DNA of 64,000 nucleotides from a virus (Duplodnaviria; Heunggongvirae; Uroviricota; Caudoviricetes): IMG/VR virus record IMGVR_UViG_3300037067_007156, positions 557,519 to 621,518 of that record; one strand, 5' to 3'. Shown piece by piece: positions 52,785 to 63,725 of this stretch (position 1 is its first letter; each line of letters starts with the position of its first letter). The notes under the pieces were generated by a model. It saw only the letters and a program-made list of their open reading frames with translations, ran no database searches and was not told where the DNA came from. The position numbers and the translations under genes were made by a program.

Positions 52785-53606
52785 ATGACAATTGATAATA
52801 CATATAATTTTGATGACCAGTTTTTTAGAATGGTTTGTGTAGCCTTGGCTAAAACATTATCCAAAGGTATTAGATGGATAAATCGTTTCGAAAATAAAAA
52901 AATGAGGGTTATTGTACCTTTTTATCTTTCTATGGCTGGTGATGAACGTTTTTTGTTTGATGCCTTTGTAGATGATATTCCAGACCAAAGAGTAGAATTA
53001 AATACAGACCAAATACCAAGGGGTATTATAACATTAAACTCTATATCATCTAAAGCTAATGAATTTGCTAACCCTAATCAATTTTTATCCAAAGAAGTAA
53101 AAATAAATGATGAGTATAGAAAAATATTTTCGAAAATTAAAGCTATTCCAATTACAATGAATTTCGATGTTGAAATTAGAGTAGCTTCCACTATTGATGT
53201 ACTAAGAGTGTCAGAAAAAGTGTTAAAAGTATTATTTAATTACATGTTTTTTAATATTGATTATTTCGGTATAAAAATAGAAGCAGTTCTAACATTACCT
53301 GATGATAAAGATATTACAATTCCGAGAGAACATGGTTTGGATACTGATAAAGTTAAATCAGTTAAATTTTCTCTTGGGGTTGATACCTACTATGCAGACT
53401 TTTTTATTGATTCAGACGACTATGAAACGTGTAGCAATGATGATGCGATTGATTGGGAAAGTATGGGTCAGTTACCACCAAGTCAAATTGGTGATGTCCC
53501 CTCTGGAAAAAGAGTATACTGGAATTCTTATATATGGGGTGAAGGTAGAACACCAAATGATGATGAATTAAATAATAGAAAAAATACACCTAAAGAGAAT
53601 TTTTAA
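52785..53606 (+). CDS. T4 gp15-like tail terminator / sheath stabiliser
   Basis: VPFYL...ERFL, IPRG, IPITMNFDVEI pattern; late-type motif upstream. Confidence 0.6.
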   Translation: MTIDNTYNFDDQFFRMVCVALAKTLSKGIRWINRFENKKMRVIVPFYLSMAGDERFLFDAFVDDIPDQRVELNTDQIPRGIITLNSISSKANEFANPNQFLSKEVKINDEYRKIFSKIKAIPITMNFDVEIRVASTIDVLRVSEKVLKVLFNYMFFNIDYFGIKIEAVLTLPDDKDITIPREHGLDTDKVKSVKFSLGVDTYYADFFIDSDDYETCSNDDAIDWESMGQLPPSQIGDVPSGKRVYWNSYIWGEGRTPNDDELNNRKNTPKENF

Positions 53607-53621
53607 AAATAAAAATATAAA

Positions 53622-54026
53622 ATGAAAACAAAATTTAATGATTTCTTGAATGAAAATTTAAGACAGGATAAAATAAAAGATATGTATAAAAGAGAGATTA
53701 AACATCTCAATATTCCTATAAAGAAAAAAATTAATAATGATATTAGAGAAGTAACTAAACCTACATATTTTGATTCTATTCCACTGGAAGAATTGTTCGC
53801 AGTATTAGATAAATATGGTATAGTTCCAATAATGGAAGATGGTACATATTGGGAAGGTATATTAACAGGAGAAGACGGTCATACTATTTTTGAACTTGCT
53901 GATAAAATGAGTTCAGAAGTAAGAGACGGTATCACTTTCTATACACCATTTGAAAATGCTGGTTTATCATTGTCTTGGCATAAGATGACATCGGGTAGAT
54001 ATGAAATAGTAAGTTATGTGTCTTAA
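53622..54026 (+). CDS. Hypothetical protein with N-terminal KFNDFLNE motif
   Basis: MKTKFNDFLNENL. Confidence 0.55.
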   Translation: MKTKFNDFLNENLRQDKIKDMYKREIKHLNIPIKKKINNDIREVTKPTYFDSIPLEELFAVLDKYGIVPIMEDGTYWEGILTGEDGHTIFELADKMSSEVRDGITFYTPFENAGLSLSWHKMTSGRYEIVSYVS

Positions 54027-55933
54027 AAAAATAAATAGGTCTAAAAAAGACCTTTTTTATTCAGTTTCATCATCCCAGTCACCAAAAATTTCTAATAATT
54101 TTTCCCTACGATAATCTTTTGTGGAATAAGTCAATTCTTTGAAACGGTTCAAAAATATTTTAGAAAGATGTAGTTGGTTTAATTCTTGTGATACAAGATG
54201 ACGACCAAAAGCTTTGTCGATATCCATAATACGATTGGCCATTGTCACAGCTAATTTTTTCTGCTTATCAATATCCCCAACAGCTTTTACTTCAACAATA
54301 TCCCGAACTCTTTTAAGGTGATGTTGTAAATCGCTATATGGAATATCCATTACTTGTTTTACTCTTTGATAATGATTGCTCATATATTGAAATTTAATGG
54401 TTAATTATCTTTTTCTTTATCATCGTTTTCATTCCATGAATTTTCAAGTTCATCATCATTGTATACAGTCAGAACTTTAATTATAGCTGAACGAATTTCA
54501 GGATACCCTATATTGTAATCGATTTTTCTACAATGTTTTTCAATCGCCTTGTGAATAACTAATTCGAGGTCTTTAATTTCTTTTAGAACCTTATTCTTTT
54601 TAATATTCACCGTTGGATATTCTTTATCACTCATAACATTATATTTTTATATTATAATTTAATTCATCTATGGTTAATTTAGTAATCTTTTTTTATTTTT
54701 GAAGAATTGTGACCATTTTTGAATAGCCATGTCAAAATTTTTTATTTCATAAGAATGGTATCCCTCCCACGAAACGCCATCTTTATCAACACCACCTGTG
54801 CCATCGTGTACACCACACCAAGGATGATGACCACACTCCATATCATTCATGAAGTCATCAAAATCTTCATCGATATCCATAAAATCGACAAAATCAACCG
54901 AATTTTCAAAATCAAGTTCGATAACATATTCTTTATAGTTATCATTTTCATCTAATAATTTGAAACGTATCATGTTTTTATGATTTAAGGTAAAATATCT
55001 GATATTAATTTTGGAACATCGTTCTCATCTTTATACATACTTATAAATGTATAAGCACATATACAATCATTCATTTCACCATCTTCACACTCTTCAATAA
55101 TCCAGTTCCTCGGTTCATTTATATGAATGTGAATATGTTTCCACATATCAACAAGTGTTGTTTTTTCTACGATTTCATTGAAATCTTCTTTATTGGTTAG
55201 TTTGAATGTTATGGTTGCCATAAAATTATTTTTTACCAAATCCAAATTTCCTCATAAGCCAATTTTCATTGACTTCCCGAACCCGCTCGTTCTTTTCCGT
55301 CTCAGTATCCCACTCATCCATTTCAGAATTGATGGCTTCTTGTTTCAATTCATCTAAGGTTTTATCATCAACAACTTCAATGACAGTTACTGTTCCATCA
55401 TTAATCAAATTGACTAAATCACTGGAATAAAGTTTTTCACAAGGAAAACGTTTTTTATCCATGTCCAACATAGGGACTAATTTAACCTTGTATTCATTTG
55501 GGTTGGTGTCCGAACTCCAATATTTACAAACTTCCATTAATACTTGTTCTGGTTCATCAGAAGATGAAGTTAATCCAAATTTCATTTCGGGTACTACAAC
55601 ATGATAAGGACGACAAGGATATAACAATTTCATCCCATATTTTAATGTAATTTTTTCCATAATGTATATTTTTAGTTAAATATAATATTAAAGTGATTTA
55701 ATAACAACATCCATTATTTTAATACTCGCTTTATAATCATACCATGCTTTTAATAATTCAGGATATTCTTCTTGAATAATTGGTTTCAATTCTTCAAAAT
55801 CACAATACCTTGAAATATCGCCCTTTTCTTCCCAGAAATAACGAATATCTGATTTTTGTTCATCTGTTAATTTGCTCATTTTTTTTTAATTTTAGTCAAA
55901 AATAAAATATTTTTTGGAATAAAAAAAATCAAC

Positions 55934-57028
55934 TTATTTCATATGCGAACAAACCTCATCTAACCAACCATGTTTTCTTGCTGAATTATATGAACCACAA
56001 TTTCCAATTTTAAATTTACTTCTCGATTTATATTTTAATGCTTCTTCTTTACAACGTTCAAATGTCCAACTTGAAACCTTACCACTCTTACCTCTTATCA
56101 TACGACTACATAAAATATCTAACCATTTATATCTTATAGATGAACTATATGCTTGATATGAGTTAATTCTAAAATCTTTTATTGTTTTATATTTTAACGA
56201 TTCTTCTTTACATCTTTCAAATGTCCAATATCGTTCTGGTCCACCCAAAATTCCTGCTTTAGCTTTATTTAAAATATTCCAACCTTCAGATTTATATTTA
56301 TTAACAAAATAAATTTCTAAAGATTGTGCTTTCTCTACATTAATATAATCCGTTAATTTTATAAAATTTGGTTTTATATTTTTTTCTTTTATGTATTTAT
56401 ATACTGAAGAATTAATATCAGTTAAATGATTTCTTTTTCTTTCTTGAAAATTATATGTTAAACCGATATAAACACTATTATCGGAAAATATAGCACCATA
56501 TATCATTCTACTATTCTTATTTCCTAAAGTTTTCATATGAGAAAATAAAATAACTGACCACTTATTTCTTATAATTGCATTATACGCACAGTTATTATTT
56601 GTTAGTAATTCTTTTCTTGTATCATATTTAAGTGCTTCTTCTTTACATCTTTCAAATGTCCAATAATTTTTGGGTCTTATAATAAATACCATATGCGAAC
56701 ATATTTCATCTAACCAACCATGTTTTCTTGCTGCATAATATGCACCATTACTATATAATATGAAATTTGTTTTATTATCATATTTTAATGCTTCTTCTTT
56801 ACATCTTTCAAATGTCCAATAACCGTTTGGTTGAGATAAAATTGTCATGTGTCGAGTTATTTCACTCATCCATTTATTCTTGTTGGAATATGTGTATGCT
56901 GTTGTATTATTTTCATAAAATTCTTTTTTAGTTTTATATTTTAAAGCTTCTTCTTTACATCTTTCAAATGTCCAATATCCGTTTGGTTTTCTCATAAATA
57001 AAATATTATTTTTTATTATATATTTCAT
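55934..57028 (-). CDS. GIY-YIG endonuclease with tandem ~50-aa WTxExCxEEALKY repeats
   Basis: MIYGAIFSDNSVYIGLT...R...E...LN flanked by 5 repeats. Confidence 0.8.
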   Translation of the reverse strand: MKYIIKNNILFMRKPNGYWTFERCKEEALKYKTKKEFYENNTTAYTYSNKNKWMSEITRHMTILSQPNGYWTFERCKEEALKYDNKTNFILYSNGAYYAARKHGWLDEICSHMVFIIRPKNYWTFERCKEEALKYDTRKELLTNNNCAYNAIIRNKWSVILFSHMKTLGNKNSRMIYGAIFSDNSVYIGLTYNFQERKRNHLTDINSSVYKYIKEKNIKPNFIKLTDYINVEKAQSLEIYFVNKYKSEGWNILNKAKAGILGGPERYWTFERCKEESLKYKTIKDFRINSYQAYSSSIRYKWLDILCSRMIRGKSGKVSSWTFERCKEEALKYKSRSKFKIGNCGSYNSARKHGWLDEVCSHMK

Positions 57029-57143
57029 TTATGTGGTTCTAAAATAGAAAAAATGACCTTTTTTATTTAATATATAACTATACTTTAAGTACAATATAAA
57101 AATAAAAAAGGTACAACTTAAATGAAAAAATAATGAAAATAAA

Positions 57144-58430
57144 ATGAAAAACTTTAAATTAGAACTTTTTAATTTTAATAAAACATTAACTATTGACCAG
57201 ACTGAAATAGCTGCAATAGTTGAACATCACATAGCAGCTTGTGATAAATATTCTGAAAAAGAAGTTTATTCTTCTTTAAATGAAAAACTTGGTAAATTTA
57301 CTTATGATGATGATGTTAAATCTCTTTTAGAAGGATTAAATAGTGAAATTCAACAAAATTCTCTGACTGCTGATTTAAAAGACCTTTACCGTAAGGTCGA
57401 GCGTAAGAATATGTCACACCTGTATCGTTCCGGTTTAAACTCAATACTGAACATTATTTCAAAGAACTCGGACGAAGAGAAATTAGAAGCCATAGTTAAT
57501 GAATTAGTTATCTACGACTGGATTCCTGAAGTGAAAATGTTTATGATGGAAATCAATAAAAATCCTATCGAAATCCAGAATTATAGAAATTCCGGTAAAA
57601 GTGAAAAAGTGTTTACACTTGTAGAAAAAATAAATGATGGTATTTTAGCTTACGTTGTTGACCGTTGGTTTTTATTTAAAGAATCAGAAGTTAAACAAGT
57701 TATTCCAGATGAATATATCAAAGAAGAAAAAGAGATAAGAAGAATTCGTTTACTCGAAGAAGCTATTAAAAGAGCTGAAATTACTGATAAACTTATTACT
57801 TTCAGGATTGATGAAAATCTTAAAATTTCTCTGGCTACTAAAGATGGTTCTTTATTCTTAAATGAAGAAAAAGCTGATGTTGAATCTAATCTTGAAAATG
57901 TATTTAACTCACCTATTATTCCTTATTTAAAGAAAGATTATTACCAGATATTAAAAGCTGTTAATGAAAATCTTGATAAATTTGTTGATTTAGATGTAGC
58001 TATTAAAATTTCTAATTTAGCTAAACCTTTCTTGGAAGCTGTTGCTATCAATTATAAAGATAGTATGTATTTATATTCAATAGACAAAAGAACTGGTTCA
58101 AGATTTTATCAATATGAGTCAGTTAACACCATGATTAATGATATTCGTAAAGAACTTGATTATGATGTAACAACATTCTTCGAAAATAAACTTTCTAAAG
58201 AATTAAAACATTTGAAAGCTCTTGAAGATAGAGAACAAAAAATTGATAATAAAATCAAAGAAACCAATGAAGCTATCGATATGCTTAAATCAGAAGGTGA
58301 ATTATTAAAAAATGACAAAAACTTGAAAATAGCATTTGATAACCTATTAATTGTTAAACACAATTTGATTAAAGAATCACAGAAAATTAAGAATGATAAG
58401 AAAACTGCAAGGAAGCAGCAATCGTTATAA
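57144..58430 (+). CDS. Conserved-looking late/structural coiled-coil protein
   Basis: 428 aa; TAATATATA upstream; in the head/late module. Confidence 0.5.
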   Translation: MKNFKLELFNFNKTLTIDQTEIAAIVEHHIAACDKYSEKEVYSSLNEKLGKFTYDDDVKSLLEGLNSEIQQNSLTADLKDLYRKVERKNMSHLYRSGLNSILNIISKNSDEEKLEAIVNELVIYDWIPEVKMFMMEINKNPIEIQNYRNSGKSEKVFTLVEKINDGILAYVVDRWFLFKESEVKQVIPDEYIKEEKEIRRIRLLEEAIKRAEITDKLITFRIDENLKISLATKDGSLFLNEEKADVESNLENVFNSPIIPYLKKDYYQILKAVNENLDKFVDLDVAIKISNLAKPFLEAVAINYKDSMYLYSIDKRTGSRFYQYESVNTMINDIRKELDYDVTTFFENKLSKELKHLKALEDREQKIDNKIKETNEAIDMLKSEGELLKNDKNLKIAFDNLLIVKHNLIKESQKIKNDKKTARKQQSL

Positions 58431-59151
58431 TTATGGTTCATAGCACGGTAACTTAACTTTTTTATAATAACATTAGCTAAGTTACCGTGCAAAAATTATG
58501 ATAACTTATTAAATATGAAAACATTTAGTAAATATTTTGAAAATGCATCGGGAATAGATGTTAACTATATAAATCTTGATAAGGAATATATTACCAAATT
58601 AGATTCAAATGATTGTTATTTATCTAATACTCCAAAAAGTGATGAAGTAGAATATGAATGTAAAGATATAATTGTTTATTGGGGGTTAGTTTTTAATGAT
58701 GAATCAAATATTGGTTTGTCGAAAATAGATGTTTATGTTAAAAAAATTACATGTATAATCCTAATAACAACTATTGATGAACTTGGTAACATTGTTGGTG
58801 ACCCAGTTGAAGAAGAACTTATCCTTACTTATGATAAAATCAATTATAGTGTGGAGATAAATTCTAATAAAGAAGTATCATATTTTCCAAAAGATTTGAC
58901 CATTTATTACGATAAAAAATCTTGTGAAATAGAAATTGGAAATTAAACTCTTAAAACGTATATTAAAATGTTTATCATTCAATTGGTAAACATTTTTTTA
59001 TTTAAAAATAAATTTTTTTTATTTTTTTACGTATTTACGTATATAGATAATTAATTTAAATTTAAAATCATTATAAGCAGATAAAAGTAACCATAAGCAA
59101 TATTTAGCATAAAATATTTTTTATTTATTATTTTCAAAAAATAATTTTATT

Positions 59152-59535
59152 TTGTTTATGGCACAATATTTAAATGATAATGACTTATACTTCGAAATTG
59201 TTATTTCAAAGGGGCGTGGAAAATTAAGCGTAACCGCCGAGAAAATGTTTATTCTAATAGCTAAAAATACTATCCGAAAAAAAGAAGCTTCTTATAAAAA
59301 TAGTGAAGACAGAGCCGACTGCTATCAACAGGGTTTGTTGCGTATGTTTGAGAACTGGAGGGGGTTTAATGAAAAAAAGTTTTCACTTGCATTACCATAT
59401 ATGACTGAAATTTTTAAGCGTGGATTGGCGGACGGGTGGAATACAATCACTAATAAAAAAAGTTATAGTGAAGATAATTTAATATTTATTAGTTTGGATT
59501 CGTCTAATGATGGTAAGGGTTTACATAATATTTAA
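59152..59535 (+). CDS. T4 gp55-like late-transcription sigma factor (ATG at 59158)
   Basis: YLNDNDLY N-terminus; DRADCYQQG...FNEKK...PYMTEIFKR region-2 pattern; 127 aa. Confidence 0.7.
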   Translation: MFMAQYLNDNDLYFEIVISKGRGKLSVTAEKMFILIAKNTIRKKEASYKNSEDRADCYQQGLLRMFENWRGFNEKKFSLALPYMTEIFKRGLADGWNTITNKKSYSEDNLIFISLDSSNDGKGLHNI

Positions 59536-59561
59536 TTTGTTAAAAAATATTATTTTATGTT

Positions 59562-60467
59562 ATGTTCAAACAACATAGTTTACAAGAGTGTAAAGAAGAA
59601 GCATTAAAATATAATACTAAAACCGAATTTCAAAATAATTCTAAGAGATATTATTTATATGCACATAAACATGGTTTTTTAGATGAAATATGTTCACACA
59701 TGATTCAGTTAAAAAAACCACATAAATATTGGACTGATAAAGAAAGATGTCACAAAGAAGCTTTAAAATATAACAATAGAGCTGAATTTCAAAAGAATTC
59801 ATCTTCGGCATATAATTCTTCTAAAATTAATGGGTGGTATGATGAGATATGTTCACACATGGAATATATTGGAAGTAGAAAAATGCGATTAATATATTCT
59901 TATGAATTTTCAGATAATAGTGTTTATGTAGGTTTGACCTATAATTTAAATCAAAGAAATAATGTTCATTTAAAAGAAAAAAGTAATAGTTCGGTACATG
60001 AACATATTCTATTAACTGGTTTGATACCAACTTTAAATAAATTAACAGATTATATAGAGGTGGAAGAAGCTCGTGTTTTAGAAGGATATTATTTAAACAC
60101 TTATAAAGAAAAAGATTGGAAAATCCTTAATAAGACAAAAACTGGTTCTATTGGTGGTGCAAATATATTTTGGACAAAAGAAAAATGTTATATTGAAGCA
60201 TTAAAATATGAAAATAAAAAAGATTTTAGATTAAATTCCTGTGGTGCTTATTCTTCTGCTTATAAAAATGGTTGGTTAGATGAAATATGTTCTCATATGA
60301 AATTAAAAAAAGTTAAACCAAGAAATTATTGGACAAAAGAAAAATGTCAAGAAGAAGCTTTAAAATATGATAGAAAAATCAATTTCTTAAAATCATGTAA
60401 AAGTGCATATAACAAAGCTCAAGATATGAAATGGTTAGATGAAATCTGTTCACACATGAAAAAATAA
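59562..60467 (+). CDS. GIY-YIG endonuclease with EEALKY repeats
   Basis: LIYSYEFSDNSVYVGLT; 4 repeats. Confidence 0.8.
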   Translation: MFKQHSLQECKEEALKYNTKTEFQNNSKRYYLYAHKHGFLDEICSHMIQLKKPHKYWTDKERCHKEALKYNNRAEFQKNSSSAYNSSKINGWYDEICSHMEYIGSRKMRLIYSYEFSDNSVYVGLTYNLNQRNNVHLKEKSNSSVHEHILLTGLIPTLNKLTDYIEVEEARVLEGYYLNTYKEKDWKILNKTKTGSIGGANIFWTKEKCYIEALKYENKKDFRLNSCGAYSSAYKNGWLDEICSHMKLKKVKPRNYWTKEKCQEEALKYDRKINFLKSCKSAYNKAQDMKWLDEICSHMKK

Positions 60468-60805
60468 TTTTTTGTATCCCAATGAAAACAAAAAAATGTT
60501 TTTAATATAAAAATATATAGGTATCTAAAATCTAAACATACCTTAAAAAATATTTTTTATTTATTATGAAAACTATAATTGATTTATTGAAGGTTAACAA
60601 TCAGAATCATTTGATAGAATATATCCAGAATGATAATAATATTTCTGTGATTCGAAGTTGTGAAATAGAAGATAAAATAGTAATGTATATAGAATTTAAA
60701 GACACAATAGTTAGAAATATAGTTAGAGGAAAAAAGAATATTATAAAATTTTTTTATAATAAATATGAAAAAATATTACATACAACAATAATTTAGGTTA
60801 TTAAC

Positions 60806-61717
60806 ATGATAAAACCTTATGGTTATTGGACATTTGAAAGATGTAGAGAAGAAGCTTTAAAATATAAAACCAGAATGGAATTTAAAAATAATTCTGGTGG
60901 AGCTTATACACATTGTGTTAAACATCAATATTTAAATGATGTTTGTTCGCATATGAATGAATTAAGAAAACTTAAAGGATATTGGACATTTGAACATTGT
61001 AAAGAAGAAACTTTAAAATATAAAACAAAAAATGAATTTAATATAAATTCAAAAGGTGCTTATATTAAAGCATTAAAAAATAAATGGTTAGATAAAATTT
61101 GTTCACATATGGAAATTTTAGGTAGTAAATATAAAAGATGTATTTATTCATATGAATTTCCAAATAATTATGTTTATGTTGGGTTGACTTTTAATATCAA
61201 TAAAAGACAATCTAATAGGGACAGCGATAATACAGATGGTGTTACACGTTTTATTGAGAAAACTGGTTTAAAACCAGTAAGAAAACAGTTAACCGAATAT
61301 ATTGATGTGAATGATGCCGTTATAATGGAAAATTATTATTTAAATTTCTATAAAAATAATGGATGGAACATATTAAACAAAAATAAAACTGGTGGTATAG
61401 GCAGTAGTAAAGAAACAAAATGGGATTTTAACACCGTAAAAAACGAAGCATTAAAATATAAAACGAGAACTGAATTTAAGGAAAAATCGGGTGGTGCTTA
61501 TTATGCTGCGATAAAAAATAAATGGTTAGATGAAGTAAGTAGTCATATGATTATATTTTCAAAACCAATGAATTATTGGAAAAGTATTAATAGTTGTAAA
61601 GAAGAAGCATTAAAATATAATTCTAAACAAAATTTCTATAAAAATGCACGTGGTGCATATGAATCTTCCAGAAAACATGGATGGTTAAATGATATATGTG
61701 TCCATATGAAAAAATAA
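60806..61717 (+). CDS. GIY-YIG endonuclease with EEALKY repeats
   Basis: CIYSYEFPNNYVYVGLT; 4 repeats. Confidence 0.8.
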   Translation: MIKPYGYWTFERCREEALKYKTRMEFKNNSGGAYTHCVKHQYLNDVCSHMNELRKLKGYWTFEHCKEETLKYKTKNEFNINSKGAYIKALKNKWLDKICSHMEILGSKYKRCIYSYEFPNNYVYVGLTFNINKRQSNRDSDNTDGVTRFIEKTGLKPVRKQLTEYIDVNDAVIMENYYLNFYKNNGWNILNKNKTGGIGSSKETKWDFNTVKNEALKYKTRTEFKEKSGGAYYAAIKNKWLDEVSSHMIIFSKPMNYWKSINSCKEEALKYNSKQNFYKNARGAYESSRKHGWLNDICVHMKK

Positions 61718-61756
61718 TTTTATTTTTAAATATATAATAAAAAATAATAATTATAT

Positions 61757-62254
61757 GTGGGTAATATAGCACAACCAAATAATCCAAGTAAATATCACCA
61801 AGGATATTATAAATTAGTTAATCCAGAAAAATATATGGGTGACCCAACAAGAATCGCTTTTCGTTCTTCATGGGAAGCCAGATTTTGCACATATTTGGAC
61901 TTAAATGATAAAATCACCAAATGGAACTCAGAAGGTATTACAATCACATATCAGGACACACTTGGTAATTTCCATCGGTATTTTCCAGATTTTTATTATG
62001 AATGTGTCAATAATTCAAATCCCGAAAAAATAGATAAAGTAGTAGTTGAGTTAAAACCTTATAAAGAAACACAACCACCACAAAAACCTATGAAGGAATC
62101 TATAAAATCTTTACAGAATTTTGAATATTCCTTAAAAACTTTCATGAAGAATAAATTAAAATGGGGGGCTGCCACTGAATGGTGTGCTAAAAGAGGTTTA
62201 CAATTTATAATTATAACAGAAAAACATCTTGAAAAAGCAAAAATCTTGAAATGA
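61757..62254 (+). CDS. T4 gp4-like head completion nuclease (TnsA-like)
   Basis: NPEKYMGD...RSSWE...W.SE...HRYFPDF...VELKP...N..KW. Confidence 0.88.
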   Translation: MGNIAQPNNPSKYHQGYYKLVNPEKYMGDPTRIAFRSSWEARFCTYLDLNDKITKWNSEGITITYQDTLGNFHRYFPDFYYECVNNSNPEKIDKVVVELKPYKETQPPQKPMKESIKSLQNFEYSLKTFMKNKLKWGAATEWCAKRGLQFIIITEKHLEKAKILK

Positions 62255-62970
62255 ATTTAAAAGAGCAAGGATATAATCTTTTTAATCAATATTCATATAA
62301 TTTAAGTTTAATTACACTCGAATCCACTGAACGTATTTTTTATTTAAGAAAAAATCAGAATAATGAGTTTAAAACTATTTCGTTAAAAAACTTAACGGTT
62401 GGTCATTTTTATTTAATATTATATAATTTTAATGGTAATAAAATATTTTGTCCGATATTACCAATAGAATATAGAATATGGAAAAACAAAAATATTTTAT
62501 ATTGTATTAATTTAGATTATTTACCATATGAATATAAGATAGAATTTTTTGGTAAGTTGTTTTATTTATATCAAAACGTTGTTGATAAAAACGTTGATAT
62601 TGCTGATGTAATAAGTGAAATACCGTTTAAAGGTATAACATTCGAAAATATTTATAAAGCTTTGAAGACAAATGGTGGTTTTGATTTTGCTATAACAGCT
62701 TTTGATGTTTTAAAAATTGAAGAAGTGAATAAAGTATCTACTAATATAATGGATAGATTTTTATTTTTAAATACTCGTTATGTTAATTCAGCACTAATGA
62801 AAGAGCTTGTAGAGAAAACAGATGCTGAAGGTTTTAAAACAAAATTGAAAGATATAATATCAGAGTATGATTCTATAAAATTAGAATATGATGAAGATAC
62901 AAAAGCATTTTATAAAAAATTAAAAACATTTGAGAAGAATTATAAATTATCTGAAAATATAAGTTCATAA
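62251..62970 (+). CDS. Possible T4 gp2-like DNA end protector
   Basis: Adjacent to gp4; GHFY...Y and INLDYLP motifs. Confidence 0.45.
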   Translation: MNLKEQGYNLFNQYSYNLSLITLESTERIFYLRKNQNNEFKTISLKNLTVGHFYLILYNFNGNKIFCPILPIEYRIWKNKNILYCINLDYLPYEYKIEFFGKLFYLYQNVVDKNVDIADVISEIPFKGITFENIYKALKTNGGFDFAITAFDVLKIEEVNKVSTNIMDRFLFLNTRYVNSALMKELVEKTDAEGFKTKLKDIISEYDSIKLEYDEDTKAFYKKLKTFEKNYKLSENISS

Positions 62971-62987
62971 TTTAAAAATAAGATAAA

Positions 62988-63725
62988 ATGTTGTTCACAT
63001 ATGGTGTTAAAAGGAAATCTCATACAAAAGAAGAATGTAAAGAAGTTGCACTGAATTATGATAATATAACAGATTTTACAAAATATTCTAAAAAATTTTA
63101 CATGCGAGCTTGGCGAATGGGGTGGTTAGATGAAATATGTTCACATATGAAGCGGTGTTATAATAACTGGTCGAAGAAAGAATGTGCAGAAAAAGCTTTA
63201 TTATGTTCATATAAAAAAGAGTTTTATAAAGAATATAAAAAATATTATGAACACGCATTGAAAAATGGTTGGTTAGATGAGTTGTGTTCTCATATGATTG
63301 AAGTTGGTTCGAGATATAAAAGATGTATATATGTATGGGAATTTGAAGATAATTCAGCTTATATAGGTTTAACTTATAATATCAAAGAAAGAATAAAACA
63401 ACATAAAAATTCAGAAAGAAGTGTTGTATATAAACATTTAAAACTATTTCAAGGTGAGTGTAAACAGTTGACAGGTTATATCGATGTTAATGAATCTAAA
63501 ATTTTAGAAAAATATTGGGTAGAAAATTATAAAAATAAAAAATGGAAAATTTTAAATACTGGTACGATAGGTTTAGTTGGTAATAATCTTAGTAAATATA
63601 ATGAAAATGATATAATTGAATATTCTAAAATATATAATAATAGGACAATTTTTAGAAAAAAACATTCTGGTGCTTATAAATTCGCAAAAAGAAATTTGTT
63701 GTTAGATAAATATTTTCTTAAATGA
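62988..63725 (+). CDS. GIY-YIG endonuclease with EEALKY-type repeats
   Basis: CIYVWEFEDNSAYIGLT; 2 repeats plus a partial one. Confidence 0.78.
   Translation: MLFTYGVKRKSHTKEECKEVALNYDNITDFTKYSKKFYMRAWRMGWLDEICSHMKRCYNNWSKKECAEKALLCSYKKEFYKEYKKYYEHALKNGWLDELCSHMIEVGSRYKRCIYVWEFEDNSAYIGLTYNIKERIKQHKNSERSVVYKHLKLFQGECKQLTGYIDVNESKILEKYWVENYKNKKWKILNTGTIGLVGNNLSKYNENDIIEYSKIYNNRTIFRKKHSGAYKFAKRNLLLDKYFLK

Noticed and set aside
61243-61254. Self-targeting by spacer B3 (TACACGTTTTAT matches its reverse complement)
   Set aside because: Only 12 nt match in an AT-rich genome. I saw no full protospacer or anti-repeat (tracrRNA) in the window by eye.
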